Shown here piece after piece: positions 48,663-58,240 of a stretch of 64,000 nt of DNA (positions are counted from its first letter, which is position 1; the number at the start of each line of letters is the position of its first letter). The notes under the pieces are model-generated. The model did not search any database. It worked only from the letters and a program-made list of their open reading frames with translations, and was not told where the DNA came from. A program made the translations under genes and the position numbers. This DNA comes from Antechinus flavipes. Lineage: Eukaryota. The DNA is taken from assembly GCF_016432865.1 (NCBI RefSeq), contig NC_067401.1:744001-808000 (forward strand), given 5' to 3'.

Positions 48663-49282
48663 TTACTTAAAACTCACAACCATCTGTGGAAACTTTGTTT
48701 TTCAAAGTTTCTCATTTTCTGCTCAAGGTTTCTGAGGAATTCAATTGTAACTATTCTGTGGAAAATTAACCCTAATTTGTCTCTCACACCATCTCATCAT
48801 CATTCAACTGAAGCTGTCCTTCCTCTCTTAAGTTATTATCTAATCAGCAAATTGGAACTCTCATCCTTCTTGGCCTATTAGCTATGTTTGACACTAGTAG
48901 CCAACCTTTCAGACTTTTGTGGTTGGCCCCAGACTTTTGTGAACTTCTGGTTTCTACTTACTACTACCCTGTCTGATGACAATCTCCTCTGTTGGTTCAT
49001 TGATATCACACTGTCTGACCGTAAGTGCTCCTCTTCCCTTTACATTCTCTCTCAGTAACCTCCCTGAAAAACACATGTGTAATGCCCATTTTTGAGTCCC
49101 CACTGTTTTGAGTCTCATACTTGTGTTGGCAGGATCTGGCACACAGTAAGTGCCTGATGAATGCTTGCTGATTGAACCAAACAGATGTCTGGCAGGACTA
49201 CATAGCAGTGCACATTCAAGGTAAGCCTAAAAAGGAATAAGTACTCTGTAAATTGAAGTCTGAAGATAAGAGAAAAAGCCTG

Positions 49283-49949
49283 TATATCCCAAAGAAATAT
49301 TAAAGAAGGGAAAGGGACCTGTATGTGCCAAAATATTTGTGGCAGCCCTGTTTGTAGGGGCTAGGAACTGGAAAATGAATGGATGCCCATCAATTGGAGA
49401 ATGGCTGGATAAATTGTGGCATATGAATGTTATGAAATATTATTGTTCTGTAAGAAATGACCAGCAGGATGAATACAGAGAGGCTTGGAGAGACTGACAT
49501 GAACTGATGCTAAGTGAAATGAGCAGAACCAGGAGATCATTATATACCTCAACAATGATACTATGTGAGGATGTATTCTGAAGGATGTGGATTTCTTCGA
49601 CAAAGAGAAGATCTAATTCAGTTCCAATTGATTAGTGATGGATAGAAGCAGCTACACCCAAAGAAAGAACACTGGGATATGAATGTAAACTGCTTGCATT
49701 TTGGTTTTTCTTCCCGGGTTATTTTTACCTTCTGAATCCAATTCTTCCTGGGCAACAAGAGAACTGTTCAGTTCTGCAAACATATATTGTATCTAGGAAA
49801 TACTGTGACATATTTAACATGTATAGGACTGCTTGCCATCTGGGGGAGGGAATGGAGGGAGGGAGGGAAAAAGTCGGAACAGAAGTGAGTGCAAGGGAAA
49901 ATGTAAAAATTACCCAGGCATGGGTTCTGTCAATAATAAGTTATAATTA

Positions 49950-50000
<51 letters not shown>
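49283..50000 (+). mobile_element. 5'-truncated L1 whose tail has become (AG)24
   Basis: L1 3'UTR; AAAGCCTG at 49275-49282 and 50001-50008; (AG)24 at 49953-50000. Confidence 0.85.
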
Positions 50001-50006
<6 letters not shown>

Positions 50007-50439
50007 TGGAAGGAGAGAAGGGAAGAGCAGGGGGGAGGGATAGTGAGGGGGGGGACAGAAAGGGAAGAGGAAGGAGTGAAAGGGAAGGGGGAAGGGGAAA
50101 AGGGAAAGAAAGGGGAGGGAGAGAGAAAAAGGAAAGGGAAGGGGAAGAGGCAGAAGGGAAGGAGAGGAAGAAAGGAGAGAGGGGAGGGAGAGGGAGAAAA
50201 GAAGGGGAAGGGGAAGAGGGAGAAGCGGCTAAAGGAGAAAGACAAGAGGGGGGTCCACGAAGATCCCGGTAGGTCTAGATCATAGGGAAGATTCTTCTAA
50301 AGCGGAATTTTAGGAGATAAATTAAAGTTCTACAGTCGGGTTCAAATTGTGCCCAAGGGCATCGTGGCAGAACAAAAGCTCGGCAGCCTTTATTCTCATA
50401 AAGAACTGACTTCGAGGGGAAGACGCTCGCTTTCACGCT

Positions 50440-50622
50440 CCCACACGCAGGCGCAGAGAAAGTCTCACGAGAGAGGCAACGAGAAGGCGGGGCGGGAGTC
50501 CGGGCGGGTCGTAGTCACGTGCTGTGGGAGGGGCACGGCGCATGCTCCCAGTCTCGTCTCGCTCGCTCTCCTTTCCCGCCCGGCCTTGAAGCAGCTGCTG
50601 AGGAGCCTGAGCCTAGGTGAGT
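50440..50622 (+). promoter_or_regulatory. Housekeeping-type CpG promoter with non-coding first exon and donor AG|GTGAGT (50616|50617)
   Basis: TCTCACGAGA 50463-50472, GC boxes about 50486-50508, CACGTG 50516-50521, GCGCATGC 50538-50545, pyrimidine-rich start region about 50565-50580. Confidence 0.68.
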
Positions 50623-51079
50623 GAGGAGGGAGTCAAGGCCAGGAAGGGGCTGCACCGAGCCCCCCAGAGTCTGTGCTATCATTCCCTCTTCCTACTGCAA
50701 GCTCTACAGGACCTCATGGCCTCAGTCTGTAGAGGGATAATTGGGGGTGGGGGTGGGGCGGGGAGGAGAGGGAAGGGGGCGGGGAGGAGAGAGGAGGGAG
50801 ACAGGGAGGGGGGAAGCAGACGCCGCCCCCCAGTAACTCCCTGTGGAGGAGAGTGGGGGGAGGAGCAGGCAGTACCCCGGGGCTGGCACTTGGGCAGAGC
50901 TTGCCGGGAAAGCCTTCTGAAGCCCTACTGTATTCGAGGTACTGGATTAATTAATGATGCCCCCCCTTAGGTGGATAAGACAAAAGATGAGCCTTCCTAA
51001 TTATTCTGACTCCAGGGGGGCCTTGAACTGGGGGAACTGGCACAAAGTCTCCTTTGCCATCTGTCTTGAGAACGGATGG

Positions 51080-51275
51080 TCAACAGCAGGGACTACCTGG
51101 TAGCACTTGGGCACACACAGCCAGTGTGCAAGTGGACTAGGAGGGACTGGCCATCGGCCAGAGGGCTGGCAGGGGCCGGACGGGCAGCATGAAGGGGAGT
51201 AGCTGCCCTTGAGAGCACGCTGGGGGGCAGCGACTGGCATGGAGCAGGCTAGCAGTAATGGAGTTGGCATGGCAT
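51080..51275 (-). pseudogene. Degenerate, internally deleted KRTAP12-like pseudogene
   Basis: Minus strand ATGCCATGCCAACTCC..GCCTGCTCCATGCCAGT..GGCAGCTACTCCCCTTCATGCTGCCCGTCCGGCCCCTGCCAG..CCCTGCTGTTGACC aligns with KRTAP12 start, GSCSPSCCVSSPCQ and PCC-stop; upstream ctgtagaggttaatat resembles the ctctagaggagtataaaa TATA context. Confidence 0.7.
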
Positions 51276-53182
51276 GTTTTGGTGTTTTGGACAAGTCCTT
51301 CTTCTCTGACCTTAGCAGGTTACTGGGATTTGGGTTGTTTTCCTTCTAATAGCATATTAACCTCTACAGTGACCCCTGGTGCCCTTTTCTGTGGCCCTCT
51401 TTCCCCCATTCCTCCACAGGATATTGGCTCGGCAGCTGCCTCAGCTATCCCATTTTGCCCAAGCCCACTACATTCCCACCTCCCTCAGCAGGTCCTATTC
51501 CTCCTCCCCAAGTCAGGTTTCTCTTGTGAGTTGTCTTTAGACATGTTAGAATGGAGTTTTTTGCTTTTTGCTTTCATTTGTATACACATGCCTGGCTGTA
51601 GTAAGTGCTTAATAAATGCTTTAAGCGTCTCTGCCCAACTTCACCCTTTAGAGCAGGGATTTGCAGAGAATCCCAGGGGTCTCTGAAGCCCTCTGAAAGG
51701 GTTCACAAATTCAAAAGTTAGTTTTTACTTTTAATATGATAAATATTCATAACCCATGTAAGAAAAAGCTCTTTGGACAGACTCTCAATAATTTTTAATA
51801 ATGTAAAGATGTTGAGAACAGAAGTTTGAGAAAGCAGATGTTCCATCTTGGCTGCATGTCATGTCTACTTTCTTCCTTTAATCTGTTCATTACACCAAAG
51901 AATCAATTAGTGGATTGTCCAATCAAGAAACCCCCAGTGTGGACTCTGGTGATGACCACCAACTCAGTGCATCAGTCTCTGGGCCGGAAGCCTTATTCAG
52001 GGCAGAGCAGCAAGGATGGATGCCACATTGGAGCTGGCGGAGACCTCAGAGATTTCCTCAGACTCTGGTCCTATTGTCCTTTCTTCACTGCCAGTGGGAT
52101 CTCCAAGAAGTCCTTGTACCTCCTGGTCCTCAGTCTTTTCTTTACCTGCAGCCATAGCTGGATGAGGTGACTGTTGCTCTCAGAAGACTTACCAGGGAAT
52201 AAAATTGGGATGTGATCCAAATTTGACCAGAGACCTTGAGCCTCTGGTCCTTCCTGGCTTTAGATCTTAGTCTGAGGAGCTTGCCCCAGTAAATAGTCAT
52301 TGTTGAACATTGTAGAGCAGTTCATGCAACTGGTGACTCACCTTCTACTCTGTGTTCTGGGGCACACATCATGTGTACCTGGAATTATCATTTTTTCTTG
52401 TGAAACTTTAGGACTCTGCCCCAGAAATGTGCCTGGGACTACCCCATGTAGCTGGGGAAGTCCCTGGATTGGAGGGAGTCCATGTTGTCATTGTGGGAGT
52501 ATCCCTGACTGTAAGCTGGGCACCTCGTCTCTGTCTGCATTTCTTCTGGTTGCTTTGTTAGGCTTATGGGTGGACAGAGGATGGGGCAGCTGCATGAGGG
52601 AGTGGGATACATGTCAGTCTATCAGTCATGGCCCCCTTCCAAATGCTTATAACAGGTGAAATCAGGATACAACACTTGTTCTTCTCATCATCAGTTGTAG
52701 AATAAGCAGTCAGCAAATATTAGCCAAAAAGAGTTAAAAGAAATTGCAACAGTTCTCCAGAAGCAAAAGGCACCAGCCTTTTGTGAGTACCTCATTCTAG
52801 GAAATGGTCATTCAGGAGGCAGTAGAGACCTACATTGGTCTCTGAGTAGGGGCTAAGAGTCTAGGGATTCTGCCTTCAGTCAGCTTTCTGAATCTGAGTA
52901 TCTGAGTTAAGTGCTTCTCATCTGTACACTGAGGTGAAGGAGGAGTCAAGGCAGATGATCTTACAGATCCTTTTGGCTCTGAATTTTGCAAGTTTTATTG
53001 GCTGTTTTGTGAGTGCTGGAGTTTCAGCCGATACTTGAAGGAACCAAGCAGAATGACTGCTTTGGTACTACATCATACTGGTACATACTCTACAAAGAGA
53101 TGGGATGGGGCGGGGGTAGCTGTGTAACCCTATCATCCTCTCCTCTTTTTCCTTTCTGAAAATCCCAGCCATCCCAGACACC

Positions 53183-53506
53183 ATGTGCCACACCAGCTCC
53201 TCCACTGCCAACTTGCTCCACACTCATCTCCTATATCCATCCTTGCCACTGGCCAGCAGTATATGGAGTTGGCACGTACTACCATCATCCTGTGTGTCCA
53301 GCCCCTACCAGTCCACCTGTTACCAGGCTGGTCCATTTACGTATCCTACTATGGGTCCAGCCCCTGCTACTCTGCCTGCGGGTTGTGTGATTGCTGCAAA
53401 TCTTTCTGATTGTGTGCTGCAAGCCTGTGGGATTGCCTCCTACAAGGCTTCCTGCTGCCAGTTAGGCTCCTACTTATCCTTGTTCCATGACTCCTTCTAT
53501 TGCTGA
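53183..53506 (+). pseudogene. Degenerate KRTAP12-like copy with compensating frameshifts (107-codon ORF retained)
   Basis: CACCATGTGCCACACCAGC start; leader paralogous to KRTAP12 leaders; SSCVSSPYQSTCYQAGP and ASCCQ remnants; stop at the homologous position; TATA absent. Confidence 0.82.
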
Positions 53507-53803
53507 GACAGGCTGGTCCCTGCTCAGATGAGAGCAGCCTAGAACATCCATTTTCCTCACTGCAGCTACAGCTTTGCTCATATACTGCAAAGAATCTTAA
53601 CTGGGCACTCAAACCCAGGATTTTTCATTTTTCAGTAACATTCTTTTCATGACTTCTGTAAATTAAATATCCTGTGGGTCCAAAGCTTCTGATCTTCTCA
53701 CTATACAGCCCATGGGCATATATTCCTTCTCCCTTAGGGAACTGCTTTATGGTGCATTTTGTCAACTATTAAAATTTTTGGTATTTCATTTTTTCACTGT
53801 CAG

Positions 53804-54780
53804 ACAATAGTTTTCTTACAAAAGAAAGAAATTGAATATTTTTTGAGAATATGAAAGGATTCAACTACAAAAGGGCTAGGAAAAGAATTGAATATTTGTC
53901 TCGGTCAGAATAAAATGACCTGAAAGATGATGAAGCACACATTAAGAACCAACTTTACATAACTCTGTGTGTGTGTTTGTGTGTGTGTGTATGTACTTAA
54001 CTACTTTGTTGTCTCTAAGGAACTTTAATAAAAATATGATAAATCTATATGATCTCAACAAAAATACTTTTAAATGTAAGGAGTAAAATAAAAGATGTCA
54101 TCAAGATTTGAGATAAAATCCAGGGAAATACTGATGTGTAAAATATATATACTCCTTGTCATATGTTAGGTAAACTAAAAATTTGCTTTTATCATCTTAA
54201 TGATCATGGAATGATACCAAGAGATAGGTTTAATAGTACTACACAATTTAAAATTGAAGAAATAATGCAAGTGAAATTTGAAGGGTAATAGAGCTTTGAA
54301 TATCAGAAGCCAACATTTTAAAAAAGTCTTTCGTAGCAAGGTCTGTGTTCAGTCTCATGAAACATTGAGCTATCAAAGATAACAATGAACACTACTCTCT
54401 AATTCATAGACATATACCTGAAGAAAAATTTATATTTTGACAAAATGAGTGGCAATATGTGGTAAACAGAGAAGGTAAAGATGTGAATACTGATCTCAAA
54501 GAGGAAATATATATATATGTGTATGGTATACATTATTAACCTTAGAGTAAACCCTCGGAAAATTACAATCAGGCATAAGAACAAAAAAGTAGAAGATGAA
54601 AGCAATTTTGAGAAAAGATTGCTGATATTCAAAATAGATTCAGGAGAGATTGTAAAAAAAAAATTAAGGAGGATGGAAAATACTGCAAAATGAATATACA
54701 ATATATATGTGAATCCCTCACTTTGCACAAATAATATGACTGTAGTCATTGTATTTATTATACACAATTACATAAGATCC
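53804..54780 (+). pseudogene. Fossil large coding exon of an unidentified gene
   Basis: Strong acceptor tatttcattttttcactgtcag ending 53803; protein-like frames broken mostly by TGA (see finding). Confidence 0.45.
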
Positions 54781-55769
54781 AAAAAAATCTAAGGAAAAAC
54801 CTACCAAGAAAGCCACTTCAGCCATGGAGGAAAGGTCCTGCAGGGATAAATATGAAACTGAGGTTTCCTAAGGCAAGGACAAGGACAAGGTGGTGAGGAG
54901 TTCTCCCAAAATTCCAACTAAAGGTCATGTAGCCACAGGAGACTACAGGAAAAGGTCAGGGCCAGAAAACGCTCCTGCCTGCCGTCTACCGCACCCTCTC
55001 TCTAGCCAAGAAGGCGCGCGTGGCAAGCCCCGAGAGGAACCACAGTCCTCAGACAGCTTGGCTTGGGTCCCTCCTCCAGTGGGGGCACCGACTAGCTTAA
55101 GAGCATGGCCTTCAGCAAGTCATCCCCCCTGATTCCTGGAGACGCCCAACAGAGGTCAGAACGTGCCATGAGAGCCCATCCCCTCAGGCCACCTTCCCTT
55201 GCTTGGAATGACCGCTTCTGCCCTTCGGGGTCAACTTTGAAGAGCCACCTACTGATCCAAGTCTGCCTGGCACGAGCGCCCTTTCCATCACTTCCCGAGT
55301 GCCCGGCTGTCCCCCCGGTCATGAGAGGACCTCTCGGCAGAGGGCCTGGGAAGCGGGACCGTGGGCATGGCGGTTACGGGGCTGGCACGAGCTCGAGTCG
55401 CAGAGGCAAGCCCGTCTCGTTTGGCCCAGCGGCAGACGTTCTTCCTACGCATTCCCTTGGCATGCTCCAGAGACCTAGTTCCAGGAAAGGCCCGCAGGGA
55501 GCCCACTGGCCTTTTTGCCTGAGATGGGAGGCAGCTTCTCCACGCCCTGCTCATCTCCCCATTGCTACCCGACTCCCTGCGCTGAGAAGCACTGGCTGTC
55601 CCGTTGCTGGCCGCACACGGCACAACCGAGGGCCCCGGAGCCCTCCGAGTCCCCCCCTTCACCCCCCCAGCAAGGCCGCCGCGCTTCCTCCGACAGATTT
55701 CTGCGGAGACGTGTGCCCGGGAATGCCCACCGGCTAGCGGCTCCCTCCAGTCCCGCTTTGCATCGCGCT

Positions 55770-56269
55770 NNNNNNNNNNNNNNNNNNNNNNNNNNNNNNN
55801 NNNNNNNNNNNNNNNNNNNNNNNNNNNNNNNNNNNNNNNNNNNNNNNNNNNNNNNNNNNNNNNNNNNNNNNNNNNNNNNNNNNNNNNNNNNNNNNNNNNN
55901 NNNNNNNNNNNNNNNNNNNNNNNNNNNNNNNNNNNNNNNNNNNNNNNNNNNNNNNNNNNNNNNNNNNNNNNNNNNNNNNNNNNNNNNNNNNNNNNNNNNN
56001 NNNNNNNNNNNNNNNNNNNNNNNNNNNNNNNNNNNNNNNNNNNNNNNNNNNNNNNNNNNNNNNNNNNNNNNNNNNNNNNNNNNNNNNNNNNNNNNNNNNN
56101 NNNNNNNNNNNNNNNNNNNNNNNNNNNNNNNNNNNNNNNNNNNNNNNNNNNNNNNNNNNNNNNNNNNNNNNNNNNNNNNNNNNNNNNNNNNNNNNNNNNN
56201 NNNNNNNNNNNNNNNNNNNNNNNNNNNNNNNNNNNNNNNNNNNNNNNNNNNNNNNNNNNNNNNNNNNNN
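55770..56269. other. Assembly gap (500 N) covering the promoter and 5' CDS of KRTAP10 copy C
   Basis: Flanks match copy A positions 1454 and 3089, so about 1.6 kb is expected. Confidence 0.97.
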
Positions 56270-56456
56270 TGTGCCCGTCTCCTGCAAACCCTCTTGCTGC
56301 GCCCCCACGTCCTCCTGCTCTTGCTGCTGCGCCCCCTCTTGCTGTCCAGCCAGCACCTGCTGCCGCCCGGCCTCCTGCGTGTCCCTCGTCTGCCGGCCCA
56401 CCTGCTGCAAACCCGCCTGCTGCGCTCCCAGCTGCGGCCAGAAATCTTGCTGCTGA
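56270..56456 (+). CDS. KRTAP10: 3' end of keratin-associated protein 10-like copy C (5' part in gap)
   Basis: [21 protein letters not shown] identical in protein to copy A; AATAAA about 56958. Confidence 0.85.
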
Positions 56457-56714
56457 CCACAGGCTGCTGCTCTCTGTCCCCCCGACTGACGCCCCCTGTC
56501 TCTCCCCTGCCCCGGGTGCCACTTCTGCTGGTCTCCGGGATCCCTCCCCGAGCATCAGCCTCAGTAACTGACCGGCCACTGCCCGCCACCCTGCCTTGCA
56601 GAGACCTCGGAGATGCCCAGGTGCAGCAAACAGCTCCGCCATCACAACCCATGTGGGTCTCTTCCAAACCATGGCTGCCCTCAGCCCCGGCCCCTGTGTG
56701 GCGTGCACCCGAGC

Positions 56715-56915
56715 CCACTGCTTGCAGCCCCTTGGCAGGCTCTCTCTCAGCTCATGCCTGTAACCGGGCCCTCTGCTTGCAGCCCCCTGGCAAGCTCTCT
56801 CTCAGCTCATGCCTGTAACCGGGCCCTCTGCTTGCAGCCCCCTGGCAGGCTCTCTCTCAGCTCATGCCTGTAATCAGGCCCATTGCTTGTAGCCCCTTTA
56901 CAGGCTCTCTCTAAT
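56715..56915 (+). repeat. 55-bp tandem repeat (about 4 units) in the KRTAP10-C 3'UTR
   Basis: CTCTGCTTGCAGCCCCCTGGCA at 56771 and 56826, with variants before and after. Confidence 0.88.
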
Positions 56916-57769
56916 GTCAAAGTGTACGAGGATAGCCTTGGCCATGGCCTGCCTGCTAATAAATAGCATCAACCTTACTTTTCTGGCCTCTCACTTGTTT
57001 TGTTTCCTTATCTTTGTCCCAGCTGGGAAAGCGAGAGCCTCACGCTGGCATAAGGCAGCCTGAGGATCTCATGTGGCCCCAGGAATCCATGCCCAAAACG
57101 AGCAGCATGCCACAGAACAGCTTCACCAAGGTCCTGCAGAGCTGGGCCCTTTCACTTTCCTTCCCTAATTCCCATCTAATTCTTTGAATTTTTTCTCCTT
57201 ATATATGCTTCTTTGAACCTTTTTTTGCCACCTGCCCAATTAATCTTTTCCCTTTTATCCTTCTGAATAATAAGTTTTGCATCAACTTATGTCACCCCCC
57301 CTCCTTCTTTTTCCTCTTACTCATTCTTCTGCCTTGGTTTTCAGTTAATTTTTTCTTTTCTCCCTTTCAATCATCTTCATCTGTTCTTTTGATATTTTTG
57401 ATAGGCAAAATCCAGTGGTTTTTTAATAATCTCACTTTCAAATAAATTGATGACCTATAAAATCATATGTGCAATGTCATCTCTATTTTTTATAAATAAG
57501 GAATAATCAAGAATGGGAAATCATTAGAAGAGTTTTTTCTCTAAAAGTTTTCAGTCATTTTATTTTTGTTTTTACTTAAAGTTTTCCTGAGAAATGAAGA
57601 TTTCTAGATGAGAAAGATATGCATTTCTGGTATGTTCAACCATGGGGAATGTCCAGACCTTAATACTCTTGTTTTTTTATCTCTGGTCCAGCCAGAAAAA
57701 CAGTTACTTTGTCAATGAGCACATTATATGAAGCTTGGTGTAACAAATTCCGTTTAGCTTAGTTTATCA

Positions 57770-58240
57770 AGGACTTTGTAATCCATAGAGAACATTTTGG
57801 ATTTTATGTTTGAGGCATTAGGAAGTCCCTGAAATTTATTGAGTCATAAGTTACATGATTAGAACCACACTTGAATACATTCCCTTTAGGATCTGAATAG
57901 AATTTGGTTTAGAGTAGGCTTTCGCTGGGCAGACCTATCAACAGGCATGTGCAGTGCTCAAGACATGAGATGATATGTCTCCCGACTCCTGAAATCAAGA
58001 AAAGTAGCATATTAGAGAAATATATCAAAGGAAAATCTGACAGATTGTGGCATCATATTGGATTTGTGAGATGAGAGCATGATGTCCAGGTTGATTCCTA
58101 GGTGGTGAGCCTAAGGGACTTATAGGAGCCTGTTAGGAGTATTATTTGGAAATACAATGAATTCAGCTTTGGACATATTGGATTTAAAATGTTTTCTGGA
58201 CCTGTTCAAGGTTTGTGAATTTAACAATGAATTTTTTCTC
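57770..58240 (-). mobile_element. Old L2 fragment
   Basis: gattttatgtttgaggcattaggaagtccctgaaatttattgag..; aatgaattcagctttggacatattg... Confidence 0.6.

Larger units (their letters stand above)
54800..56504 (+). repeat. Paralogue of about 480-3323 (KRTAP10 upstream region and gene)
   Basis: Colinear; visibly diverged over about 54800-55030, near-identical from about 55033 to 56504. Confidence 0.93.

Noticed and set aside
50043-50285. Lys/Gly/Glu/Arg-rich ORF
   Set aside because: Translation of a polypurine low-complexity tract.
54399-54767. 122-aa hydrophobic minus-strand ORF
   Set aside because: Antisense shadow of the A-rich plus-strand fossil frame; non-specific Ile/Phe composition.
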